Assembly: GCA_012295275.1 (NCBI GenBank) | Contig: CM022666.1 | Location: 9,424,001-9,488,000 of the forward strand | Length of the DNA: 64,000 nt | Direction of reading: 5' to 3' | Origin: Chrysomallon squamiferum | Taxonomy: Eukaryota > Animalia > Mollusca | The notes under the pieces: generated by a model | Told to the model about the DNA's origin: nothing | Seen by the model: only the letters and a program-made list of their open reading frames with translations | Database searches by the model: none | Part shown: in pieces, positions 20,552 to 50,033 of the stretch | Layout: every line of letters begins with the position of its first letter | Numbering within the stretch: the stretch's first letter is position 1 | Made by a program: the position numbers and the translations under genes

Positions 20552-21137
20552 TTTGAACTAAATATTATAAATATTTCTGGATGGAACATAACGTAATCAT
20601 TATTAGGAAATTCAAAAAATCTCTGATGCTGAAGAAACGAGGTCATCAAACGCAATTCAGATTAGATTTCAGTCTAGGTAGTTTATCATAAACCTTCTCG
20701 AACAAATAATTTACATTATTATTTATTTATTTGGATAAACTTTTATTTAGATGAACATTGAAATTGTTATTATTCGGAAGGAATCTCTCGATCTATATAC
20801 ATATTTTACTATATCTGTATACGTATATTACTGCATCTGTATACACATATTATTATATCTATACATATATTACTATATCTATAGAAGTATATTACTATAT
20901 CTATACATATATTACTATATCTATATGCTGTTACTGTTAATATGAACCTTTTATAAAAATATAGTGCTGTATACTACTTAAAATAATCAAACATTTCACC
21001 TTTTACACACACACACACACAGTCACACACACACACACACATATACACACCAGATCAACCAAAATAATAAACAAATAAATAAATAAATAAATAAATAAAG
21101 ATGAATAAGAATTGACGAATGCAACTTACAGATCTAC

Positions 21138-21174
<37 letters not shown>

Positions 21175-21425
21175 TTTCCTTTTTATTTTATAAATTTAGC
21201 TGAATATTACGTCATTTTTCTAAATATGCAACGTTCCTATTGGACATTTTGTTAACGCACCCACTGTAAAAACGTAGAGTCACGATCGTACGGTTATTCG
21301 TACTTTTTTCTAACAAAGCAATAAATTGTCACTTTTCACTGTTTGTTTCGCTCTGCTTGTCGTCTGCTAAGGGCTGGAGTTCAGACAGCAGCTACAACGA
21401 AACACGTCCACAGATACTGGTAACC

Positions 21426-39314
<17,889 letters not shown>

Positions 39315-39324
39315 AATATTTATT

Positions 39325-39378
<54 letters not shown>

Positions 39379-40319
39379 GCAAATGCCTTTTATTTTGCAA
39401 AGTTGATCAGAAAAAAGTATAATACAAACAAATTGTTTATCATTTGCTTGCTCATTTATTTATTTAATATTAATGAACATTATTTATCTCTTTTAATGAA
39501 AAAGATGACTTATACATGATTTAATGTATATGATGAAAAGGTAAATAAATATGTTTACAATTATATGAGTTTTTATTTCTATCCGCTACATTTAATCGAT
39601 AACTTTAGTCGTATTCTGAATGATAACGTACATGCAGACACTTTATAGGCGTGTTCATACGTACTGTTTATAATTAACCTTTCCAAGATGACTCGGCGTT
39701 ACAGAACAGATTCATGTTGGAGTTGGTGGATTTTTTACCAAGACAAATAATCCGGATAAAAACAAGATAAAACGTTTGTTAGAAAATGTGGACGACGTGT
39801 ATACATACATACTAACATACATACATATATTTACATGCAAACACTTACCCACACACATGCACATCCATATAGTATATCTTCGAAAATTTAAACGTCGATC
39901 TCTCAAACTGAAAGTCTGGTTCCGTCCGAGCTCCTATGTAAGCTAATAATAATGGCCTTCAGAATTACCAACGTTGACAACTGGAAAACCTCTTTTTCTC
40001 AAAGTTGTTTGTCATGGTGCCGAAAGAGATAATTACATCTTTTCGTGGATGATGATGTTATAACGTCAGTGGTAACAGTGAAAAGATTACGTAATAACAA
40101 TGTATGTCAGGTTAAACATGTTTTGTTGTTGTCGTAGTTGTTGCTGTCGTTTATTTATATATAGGACCGATAATAATTAAAATAAATAAATAAATTATAA
40201 AACGGTATTTTTTTTAATCTCCCATTTATTACCGATTTCATTTTAAATAAATTTAACGACTTTGTACAAAATTGGCAACATCTAATATTGAAATACATTA
40301 AATGAAGACTTTATTCAAT

Positions 40320-40547
40320 TCAGTCAATATCTCGATCGCATCTTCTTATACATCTGACAGCGTCTATCCAGCACCTCTCATTGCAGCTGTATTTCTCAAA
40401 CTTGCTTTTTAAGTTCGTGCAATCATGTTTTCTGTCGCATCTCTGATAGAACTTGAGACAACTTTTGCCACAGTTGTCCTGTGCTCGCGTGAAGGAGCCG
40501 AACAGTATGACGTAAACCACAAACAGAAGTACGGCACAGTTTGTCAT
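40320..40547 (-). CDS. Small secreted 8-Cys peptide, paralog 1 (75 aa)
   Basis: MTNCAVLLFVVYVILFGSFTRA/QDNCGKSCLKFYQRCDRKHDCTNLKSKFEKYSCNERCWIDAVRCIRRCDRDID. Acceptor 15 nt upstream of the ATG, 5'UTR-exon donor at 40804, AATAAA at 40310-40315, and two paralogs nearby. Confidence 0.92.
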   Translation of the reverse strand: MTNCAVLLFVVYVILFGSFTRAQDNCGKSCLKFYQRCDRKHDCTNLKSKFEKYSCNERCWIDAVRCIRRCDRDID

Positions 40548-40905
40548 GACGTAATAAATCACTAAAACGGTGTTTATAATAATAATAATAATAATAATAA
40601 GAGCCTACAATTGACTTCTTAAGTTGTAAATACTCTAATAAATCTTTATATCACCTAATCTGAATAATAAAACTGCTGCTCCTACTACTACTAGTAATAG
40701 TAATCATAATAATATACGTGTCGAACAACTAAAATATTAAAAATTGTAATGTTTGGAATGTAAAAAGTAAATCCAGTTAATCAAAAGTATAAAACATGAT
40801 TTACCAGTGTAAAGCGGACGCCAGTTGAATATTAAAACAAAATGACTTTAATTCAGCCTCTCTAGTAGATGAAGTTGGTTTATGTTTTCAGATGCTAACG
40901 AGATG

Positions 40906-40926
40906 AATATTACGTCATAAAGGATG
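40906..40926 (-). promoter_or_regulatory. 21-bp promoter element with CRE/ATF-like TGACGTAA (peptide gene 1)
   Basis: Exact reverse complement of 41184-41204; ~102 bp from the first donor of gene 1. Confidence 0.65.
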
Positions 40927-41099
40927 GTACAAGTTACGTAATGTTTTCTTCAAGTGAACCTAGTAAAGAGAACCTATTAATATTTGTACACCATACTATT
41001 TTATCGTAAGTCAAAGTTTTTCATAATTTCATTATGAATAAACCAAGATAATAATAAGTAAGTAAAATTAAAATACAAAATTTTGTTGAAAATTTCATA

Positions 41100-41153
<54 letters not shown>

Positions 41154-41183
41154 CTCACCGAAACTTTATTATGTGCGTGCTCG

Positions 41184-41204
41184 CATCCTTTATGACGTAA
41201 TATT
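41184..41204 (+). promoter_or_regulatory. 21-bp promoter element with CRE/ATF-like TGACGTAA (peptide gene 2)
   Basis: catcctttatgacgtaatatt, ~101 bp upstream of the donor at 41305. Confidence 0.65.
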
Positions 41205-41671
41205 GTTGCCACTGACAACAGAGGACATCTGCAACCGAGACAGATATAGTGTCTTAAAAGCCTTAATTTTGATTTTATTTACAGCATGTGTACGCTTTAG
41301 CGGGGTAAATAATTTTATATAGTTTTCTAACTACTTTTTCATATCATTCCATTTTTCACTAGATATCTCTTACATGAAACGTTTGAAATAGTGTTTCTGA
41401 AAATATACTCCCGTTTAATAATAAATAATAATAACAACAAGAACAGCAACAGCAGCAACAACAACAACAACAACAACAACAATAATAATAATAACAAGGA
41501 TAATAGTTTTAATAACAGCCGTTGTCATAAAAGTGGCAGTAGTTGTAGTAATAATAATAATAACAACTGTACTATAGTAATAGTATAGCAATAGTAGTAG
41601 CAGCAGCAGTTGTAGTAAATAACTGAATAATTTTGAATCTACGAAATTACACCTAGCATAGCAAACAAACA

Positions 41672-41725
<54 letters not shown>

Positions 41726-41757
41726 ATATATATATTTGTTTTTTAGGAGGTTGTTAC

Positions 41758-41991
41758 ATGATGACAAGCAGTATTGTATTGTTTGTTGTGGTGTACGTCA
41801 TACTATTCAGCAGCATCTCGCTAGCAGACGACATTTGTGGAAAAGAATGTTTGAAGCGCTATCAGATTTGTGGGAAGAAACTTGACTGTCCAAACAAGAA
41901 AAGCAAATTTGAGATTTTTCGCTGCAATGAGAAATGCTGGCAGCACGCAGTCACGTGTATCAAAAAATGCGACACCGCAGTGCGAATGTAG
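41758..41991 (+). CDS. Small secreted 8-Cys peptide, paralog 2 (77 aa)
   Basis: MMTSSIVLFVVVYVILFSSISLA/DDICGKECLKRYQICGKKLDCPNKKSKFEIFRCNEKCWQHAVTCIKKCDTAVRM. Acceptor ttttag|41747 and 5'UTR donor at 41305. Confidence 0.92.
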   Translation: MMTSSIVLFVVVYVILFSSISLADDICGKECLKRYQICGKKLDCPNKKSKFEIFRCNEKCWQHAVTCIKKCDTAVRM

Positions 41992-42285
41992 AACACTGGG
42001 CACTCAAGTCATCGACTCTGTCTACAGAGAAAAGAGAAAGTTTAAAATTAATAATGGCGTCGCTAAATGTTTGTGATAATTAATATATTAATTACTACAC
42101 CGGATGTACAATTTGATCTTTGATTTTACCAGTTTACACTAATACGTAGAAATAATAATAGTAGTAAATATATATAAATTAATTTGTGTTGTTGTTACTC
42201 TAGTAGTACTAATAGTAGTAGTTTCTTCGTCTTCTTCTTTTTCTTCTTATTATTATTTAAAAAATGTTTAGTCAACGTCACCGTA

Positions 42286-42346
<61 letters not shown>

Positions 42347-43723
42347 GTTATAATAATAGTAATAATAGAAACAAATATAATAGATAAAAAAATTAAATAA
42401 GAACAAAAATATAAATTCAGTAAATATATGTAGCCTATTTTCTGTGATATTTATGAGCTCTGAATTTTTCTTCAATTAGGCCTGTAATTTGAAGATTCGC
42501 TTTTTATTTACTGTCTAAAATATCACAATTATTTATCAAACAGAAATCTAGTGAAAACAACAAACTAAATAAAGAGAGTAAACGCCTGAACAGCAGTCTG
42601 TGGATTTTTCCTAACACAGTTGTCAAATTTGTTTTTTCTTACTTTTTTTTTTTTCTTTTTTAACAAGTTTAATACTTATTTTTCAGATGTGAAATTGAAG
42701 TAAAAATAAGAAATTAAAAATTAAACATATAACAAAGACAACAACAAAACGAGAGACAAACAAATAGACAGACATAGAGGCCGAAAGAAATACAAAGTGG
42801 AAAGGCGATATATAGACATTATACAATATTAGTTACATATATGAATACAAACTTGCCTACCTACCTACCTACATACATACATGCATGCACATACATCTTC
42901 ACTCATTCATACATACACACATATACGTATATATACATAAATACATAGGTACATGCACATACACCTACACTCATTCATACATACATACATATATTCATAT
43001 ATATATACATGTACAGACACGTGCACTCGTTCATACACATATATACATGCATACATACATACATACACGCATATACACCTATAGTCAGTCATTCATAGAT
43101 ACAAACATATACAAATATATATACGTACACACACACATACATACATATATATAGACATATACATACATAGAGGGAGAGACGCACTTATAAACTATAGAGA
43201 TGTAAAGACTGGAAGAGAAAATGAAAAAAAAAAATGTTTTTGAAATCTATCTAAAAAGAAACATAAGAAGTAAGACACTCCAAATAATATATAAATAAAT
43301 AAATAAATAAATATTTCAGTTTACAACAATAACAGCGATTGTAGTAGTAGTAGTAGTAGTAGTAGTAATAATAATAATAATAATAATGATGATGATGATG
43401 ATGACGAGGAAGACAATGATAATAAGAACGCGTTGAAGCATTTAAGAAAGCGGAAAATTTACTTATTAAATTTATAATGCTATAATATTCAGTTGCCTAT
43501 ACTTTCTTATCCTAAATTAATTATATTGTTTTTAACTAGTTTCGTTATTTCAAAGATATTTGTATTTCTGTTAAGAAGTAATAATTTTAGTACAAGAACA
43601 CAAATAAGGAAACTAATTTTGAACAGCCTGACAGTTGCATTTTCTTTCCCATTTACAAACTGTAACTCCGCATTTTTAAAAATCAGACTGTTCGAAGCAT
43701 TTTATAACTATGTCTTTCATCAG

Positions 43724-43749
43724 TGACGTCATATAGGAGAATGACGTCA
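43724..43749. promoter_or_regulatory. Two perfect CRE palindromes (TGACGTCA) upstream of peptide gene 3
   Basis: TGACGTCA at 43724-43731 and 43742-43749; candidate 5'UTR donor gtatgt at 43891 and acceptor ttttcag|44078. Confidence 0.5.
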
Positions 43750-44091
43750 TTCTTTTAGAAGAACCTAACATTGCCGGCATAGTCATTATCATCATTGCGG
43801 TTTTTGTATTTAAAATTTTCCTATTTGACAATGTCTTTTTTGCACTCATCTAACTGGTTCGAATTCTTCTTGTTCTTCTTCTTACATTGTGTATGTAGGG
43901 ACTATGCATTTGTGAACATGTGTTTGTTTATATGTGTGTGAATGTGTATTTATGTGCCTGTTTTTCTATGTTTATGTTTATAGGAATGTACAAAGTCGAT
44001 TACTCCAGTATTATACCCACATCTGTCTGTTTATTGCAAATGATTTTTTCATTAATTCTTTTCTTTATTCTTTTCAGATTACTTCAAAACG

Positions 44092-44334
44092 ATGTCTTCT
44101 TTGTCGTACGTAATGACACTAATGATGCTGCTGATGACGGCGTGGTTGTCCACTGCTGACGACGAGTGCAGTAAAACGTGTTTGAACTATTATCAACGTT
44201 GTGAACGTGAACAGGATTGTCAGGACATGATCAACGAATTTCAGAAGTACAAGTGTAGCAGAAGATGTTGGGACGCAGCCGCCAAATGTGTCATTCAGTG
44301 TGACCACCACGACGTCCAAAACAAAGCAGAGTAG
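44092..44334 (+). CDS. Small secreted 8-Cys peptide, paralog 3 (80 aa)
   Basis: MSSLSYVMTLMMLLMTAWLSTA/DDECSKTCLNYYQRCEREQDCQDMINEFQKYKCSRRCWDAAAKCVIQCDHHDVQNKAE, with Cys spacing identical to paralogs 1 and 2; acceptor 14 nt upstream of the ATG. Confidence 0.92.
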   Translation: MSSLSYVMTLMMLLMTAWLSTADDECSKTCLNYYQRCEREQDCQDMINEFQKYKCSRRCWDAAAKCVIQCDHHDVQNKAE

Positions 44335-44422
44335 TCCACATCACCGGCATCATCACCCTTCTCTTCTTCCTACTGTTCTTCTATTATTATTACTATTTGA
44401 TTACTATAACTATTACTATTAC

Positions 44423-44495
<73 letters not shown>

Positions 44496-47154
44496 GCCAT
44501 TACTATTTTATATCCTGTTTTAATGAGAAGGGAATTTTCTTAACATGTTTTTACTTGTTGATTAAACTTGTTGATTGAACACTTATTTTAAAGTATACTG
44601 TTTTATCTAAATATAGAAGTATTGTAAAATAACTGTTGTAATCAATTTTATTTTTATTTTCAATCTGAGCTTTTATTTATTTATTGTCAGTTTTTATCCT
44701 GTCTTTTTATGTGTATGTATGTATGTATGTATGTTACGATTTGAATATTTTCTGCTTTAAGTACCTTGATTAGGCTCGTCAGAATGTATGCAGGAGTACG
44801 TTGGGGATTTACACTCAAGAAAAGAGCAGAAAGATGTGATATATTTCTTGTACATGTTTTATCTTTTGAAATCTGCTAACAAACGTTTACATTTATGTCT
44901 CTGCAATTTGTTAAGAACATGTCATAGAAATAAAATTGCTGCTAAAAAGAAAAAGCTATTTAAACAGAAAGCTAACTTAAGAAAACCGCTGTATAGTGCT
45001 AATGAACGAATTAATTATTGTGAAAGTTACGTTCTTGGAATCAACTTTAAACCTTTGTTTATGTTCATCTGAATTTATATTACCTACAAAAAATTAATAA
45101 ATAAAAAAAATAAAAATAAAATAAATAAATAAATACATTTTTTGAAAAAGTGAAAATGATAAAAATTATCATTTAGCTAATTCAATGTCTACAAAATTTC
45201 TGTCCTACCACATTTAAAGTTGATTTCATGACTCCTATCTCCTTCTTTCTTTCGTTCTTTGAACTTTTTAACGTCGTTTCACAAATGTATGTTTAATTGG
45301 ATGTGAAATTTTAACTTAGTGTGGTATCGTGTTCACGTTATATATTGTATCAGGTTGAAAAAACAAAACTAAAAACCCCTAAGACTTTCTTATGCAGTAT
45401 GCCTATACTACTTGCCCTATGCAGAATGCAGCTGTGAGTAAATGAAATGTGCTCAAATCATTATTCGTGAAAAGAAGAAAATATATCCACTAATCTTGAA
45501 CATAGATAACTTAATCCATTAGTCTGAACACAGGTAACTTAGTCTTGAAGAATCGTTAACGCCATCCATGGACCTTGAACGTAGAGTCATCCATGGATCT
45601 TGATCGTTTATAGTTTAGCTCAATCATTCTGATGTTTTCAGTGTGTGATCACCATACATAGATACATCATCAAAATCTTTGTTGTTTCCCGCGGTACGGG
45701 ATGGGTAGGATTCCATCCATAGTTTGAAAAAAAAAAAAAAAAATTTGTTGACAAATCAGAAAATTTTCGTGTGACAGCTGAAAATAGCAATCAGTCTCGA
45801 CTGCTGGACAAAATATCAGGACTGCACTATTCTTAAGATGTTACACAGATCACGTAGAAAAATTAACCAAGTTGAAAACCCTAGTTCAGTGTAATGTCCT
45901 AATTCAGTGTAATCTCCTGGAGGCTTCACCGTGACGGACATATGGACAGTTCTGTCCTAATGTGCAACTAACAAGAAGAACACGAAAGTTACAAGTCTGA
46001 AAGAATCTTAATTGTCGACAACAGAAATCTCTTTGAATATGCACAGCCAATAAGCTGTTTATCCAATGTCATTCCAAGACCTAATGATAGCTTAGCGACG
46101 TGAAATGTTATTATTAATCATAGTTGTAAAATGTTTTTAAAAGCAATATGATCGTAAAGCATTACAGAAACAGAGGACAGTTTTTGTTGTTTTGTAATGA
46201 TAAGATTTAGAAGGAGTTGCCAGAGAGACGTATGTAACAATCTGATTGTAATATTTCGTTTGTAATAACCTAGAAAAAAGTATTTTATTTAATCAAGTTC
46301 AATGAATAAAGTGGAAACCCTACATTACAATTAAGCACATAAACAGATTACATTAAAATTCATGATGAACTCACGTTAGTTCCCGCACATGTCAAAAACG
46401 ATTTTGATACAGACCTAGTTACAAATCAAATTCTAAATAACAAATCATTTTAAAAACGTTTACACCTAGTTACTAAACTAATCCTGCATAAATCAGATAT
46501 ACAGATTTATATAAACATATTAAAAGCTAGTTACAAAACTAACAGTAAAATCAGAGTATTATAATTTTAAGAACCTCTGTATGTCAGTCCACTGCATCAA
46601 ACAAAACATTGTCTTTCACACTGATAAAGCACCACTAGCTTGTTTCATAAACATTAATTAAAAACAAATTTCAAACTTAGTTTTTATTTAATTCAAAAAT
46701 ATAAAGTATTTTCACCAAAATGCTTTCAATCCACATTAAAATCTGCTTAAAAAGTGAAACGAGATGAATCTATATGTCTCTGTCAGACACCAACACGTTT
46801 CTTACTACTCATAGTCGAACAACAGTGCGATGTAGCTGTAAATGATAATACGTGTTATAAATAGCGGGTAAACCGAATGGTTAGGTAATCACAGTTTATT
46901 ATTGCTGAGACCATTCAAATTCAAGTGGTTTGAGTGTAACATAAGTCATAATGTTACGAGTTTCCTCTCTGAATTTCATATTACAGTTTATAAATGTTAA
47001 GTAATATTACACTTTATCCTATTCATAATATATAAATTTGTGTTTTTATTATTTTATTTATTTAGTTTTATTTATTTAAAACTAATTCGTTTACAAACGT
47101 ATAAAGTCATGATTATCAGAGACTTTAGTGAAGATAAAACCTATAATTTAGTCA

Positions 47155-47650
47155 AACTTTACCATCTATTTCTCGTAAAACTATTTCTTTACTTGAAAAA
47201 CTTTACCATCTATTTCTTTACTGGTAAATCTTTACCATCTATTTCTTTACGTGTAAAACTTTACCATCTGTTTCTTTACTTGTAAATCTTTACCATCTAT
47301 TTCTTTACTGGTAAATCTTTACCATCTATTTCTTTACTAGTAAATATTTACCATCTATTTCTTTACGTGTAAAACTTTACCATCTATTTCTTTACGTGTA
47401 AAACTTTACCATCTATTTCTTTCTTGTAAATCTTTACCATCTATTTCTTTACTGGTAAATCTTTACCATCTATTTCTTTACTAGTAAATCTTTACCGTCT
47501 ATTTCTTTACTAGTAAATATTTACCATCTATTTCTTTAAGTGTAAAAGTTTACCATCTATTTCTTTACGTGTAAAACTTTACCATCTATTTCTTTACTGG
47601 TAAAACTTTACCATCTATTTCTTTAGTTCTAAAATTTTACTATTTCTTTT
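47155..47650. repeat. 29-bp minisatellite, ~16 copies
   Basis: Unit ggtaaatctttaccatctatttctttact. Confidence 0.93.
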
Positions 47651-48210
47651 CTTTACTATGGATTTCTAAACTTTGACCATATAGTGTATTATTTGTAAAA
47701 TCTAATTATTTATTTGATAACTTGTAAGATTCAAGATGAAAAATCAGTTAATTGTACAAGCCTTGTTTATTTATCCTGTTCAGGATGCAAGTAGGACACC
47801 ACTATGCAGTGAAAGGAAGGACTAACAAAACAATTATCTGTTTTTATCTCTTTGAATAGGCAGCCTTTGCCAGCTGCTCCACCAGTCTGCATTCATTTCG
47901 ACCAGAATTCCTCTTTTCTAGTTTGATAGATAAAACAAAAATTGGTTTCTGCTGTAGACTTTCATTTGGTAATTTATTTATTTCTAAATGGAGTCGAGCA
48001 TTCAATGTTAACAATGTTAAAAAATAGTATCAAATATACTAAAATATGTTCGTTAATTTTCGATGAGTTTCAATTTCTGGAGAATAACATCTTTAGAAAT
48101 AATTTATAATAATAATATTTTAGAATTATTCAGTTATTTCTCAAATTTTCACTCCTAGGGTTTGAAATATAACAGTGTGAACAACTGACAACATGGCTTT
48201 CTAAGTCCTT

Positions 48211-48248
48211 GTTGCTTAGGAAACAAGCGTTGGGAAATCGTATATAAG
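48211..48248 (+). promoter_or_regulatory. Candidate core promoter of the Fox gene: RFX X-box-like motif and TATA box
   Basis: GTTGCTTAGGAAAC (48211-48224) followed by TATATAAG (48241-48248), ~115 bp upstream of ATG 48361. Confidence 0.5.
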
Positions 48249-48360
48249 ACATTAGAAACAGATTTGACAGCATAATTCAACGAGCTTCCCAGCTGCACAG
48301 CTAATAAAATATATTCGTATACGACTAGACCCAGTCAGAGAGAAAGGAACGTTTTTGAAA

Positions 48361-49686
48361 ATGTCCGAATGTGTAATGAGTATGAATTTTCCCAGCGACG
48401 CAACGAGCAATTCTTCTGAGATGTTGCTTTACTCAATGAAAAAAGAAACGAATAACTACAACAATGATATAGAAGTATTTGAAAACACTTTCAGAAATCC
48501 AGCCTTTGATCAGCGTCTGATTGAGAACTTTGAACAGAAGATTCTTCTGCAGTCGTGTTCACCCTCGTCGTACACGCCGTGCTCGGAGATGTCGTCGCCA
48601 CTTAAAGATATGTCAGACAGTTGGAAATCATTTGCCAGGGTCATAAACGCAGCAATCAGCCACCACAACGGCATGGTTTACGACGAGAAATGCGGACAAG
48701 AATTCAACAATCATGCTGACGATGAAATCCGCCAGTACCGACGTGTTTACTGCGACGACATGGTGAACAACAACTACCACAACAACTGGGTTTCTGATTC
48801 AATGGCCACGTCTAGGTTTGAAACGTGTTCTCAGTATACTGATCCCTGGACCCAAGGCTCGAGAACGGACGACCGATTTGCAGACAGTCGCTACTTCTCC
48901 ACTTCGTGTGAAGACATAAAACATTCAACGTCCTTCCCTGTCTCCAGTCAGGAATCGAACTTGGTTACCCCAGTAAGAGAACAGAATATCTGCCACTACG
49001 ACGATTCTCTCTCTCTTGGAAGCTCTGCTTCGAAATACATCGACAAAATGGACAAGGTTGCTGGCGGAAACGCCGTCCTTAACGATCCCGTTGTAATGAT
49101 AAAGACAGAAAACGTCAACAACGGCCACGCCAGCTTCTCGGCTGAGGTGTGCACGCCGAGGAACAACGACAACTCCGATGAATCTATTCTTCAGTTCCTG
49201 AAGTCTCTCATTTCTGATCCCAAAATGGACAGAATCAACGTGGCACCTGCGAGGATCATGAAGCCATTTCCCAAGAAGACCGACACGAACCTGACTTCAT
49301 CAGGCAAGTCGTACAGAGCAATCATCTCAAAAGCAATTTTGAGTTCTCCCGACTGCAGACTTCTCCTCAAGGAAATATATGCCTACTTTGAAAAGAAAGT
49401 CGACAGAAAGCCGCCATCTTGGAAGAACAGCGTCCGTAACAGTCTCTCTATCAACGACTGCTTTATTAAAATCAAAAACAATAAACGTTCCAAGCCGAAG
49501 AGCAACTTCTGGTCCATTCATCCATACTTCTACGAAGAATTTTCACATGGAAATTTCAGAAATCGTGGGCGAAAACATGCTGGGGACTTGATGAGATCTT
49601 GTCCAGAAGAAGGGGTAGAAGATTTCGTGCACGTTCAGCTGAGTGAAGAGGCAGCAGAGGAGAGAATGTCAATAAATCAACAATAG
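48361..49686 (+). CDS. Intronless forkhead-box transcription factor, FoxQ2-like (divergent), ~441 aa
   Basis: Long ORF of complex sequence. Forkhead domain SYRAIISKAILSSPDCRLLLKEIY...WKNSVRNSLSINDCFIK...NFWSIHP...EEFSHGNFRNR; the AILSSP, NDCF, WxIHP and FxxGxFR features are typical of the FoxQ2 class. Confidence 0.9.
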   Translation: MSECVMSMNFPSDATSNSSEMLLYSMKKETNNYNNDIEVFENTFRNPAFDQRLIENFEQKILLQSCSPSSYTPCSEMSSPLKDMSDSWKSFARVINAAISHHNGMVYDEKCGQEFNNHADDEIRQYRRVYCDDMVNNNYHNNWVSDSMATSRFETCSQYTDPWTQGSRTDDRFADSRYFSTSCEDIKHSTSFPVSSQESNLVTPVREQNICHYDDSLSLGSSASKYIDKMDKVAGGNAVLNDPVVMIKTENVNNGHASFSAEVCTPRNNDNSDESILQFLKSLISDPKMDRINVAPARIMKPFPKKTDTNLTSSGKSYRAIISKAILSSPDCRLLLKEIYAYFEKKVDRKPPSWKNSVRNSLSINDCFIKIKNNKRSKPKSNFWSIHPYFYEEFSHGNFRNRGRKHAGDLMRSCPEEGVEDFVHVQLSEEAAEERMSINQQ

Positions 49687-49990
49687 ATGTTTTCAAATGT
49701 AAGTCTAATTGTAAGAATTATTTTAAACAACACGACAACCGAACGAACGAACGAACGAACGAACGAACGAACGAACTAATGCATAAAATATTTCGCAGTT
49801 TGTTTTAAATTCATTTGTAAGTTTCGAAATATTGACTATACACATTCAGAATCTACTTAATTTTGTTTTGTTATATATACAAAAAAAATTATTATTCAGA
49901 CACAAAATCATGCCAAAATTTCTCAATGGAAGTTGCGTGTTAGATGGCGGCCATCTTAGAAAATGGCTGAAAATATTGAATTATTATTAC

Positions 49991-50033
<43 letters not shown>

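Noticed and set aside
44600-47100. Search for a fourth 8-Cys peptide paralog or other exons
   Set aside because: No C-X3-C-X6-C pattern or convincing exon was found by eye on either strand; a tBLASTn with the three peptides would be decisive.
49940-49970. Palindromic agatggcggccatct (double YY1-like motif) downstream of the Fox gene
   Set aside because: A single short motif, commonly seen inside invertebrate repeat fragments, with no supporting context.
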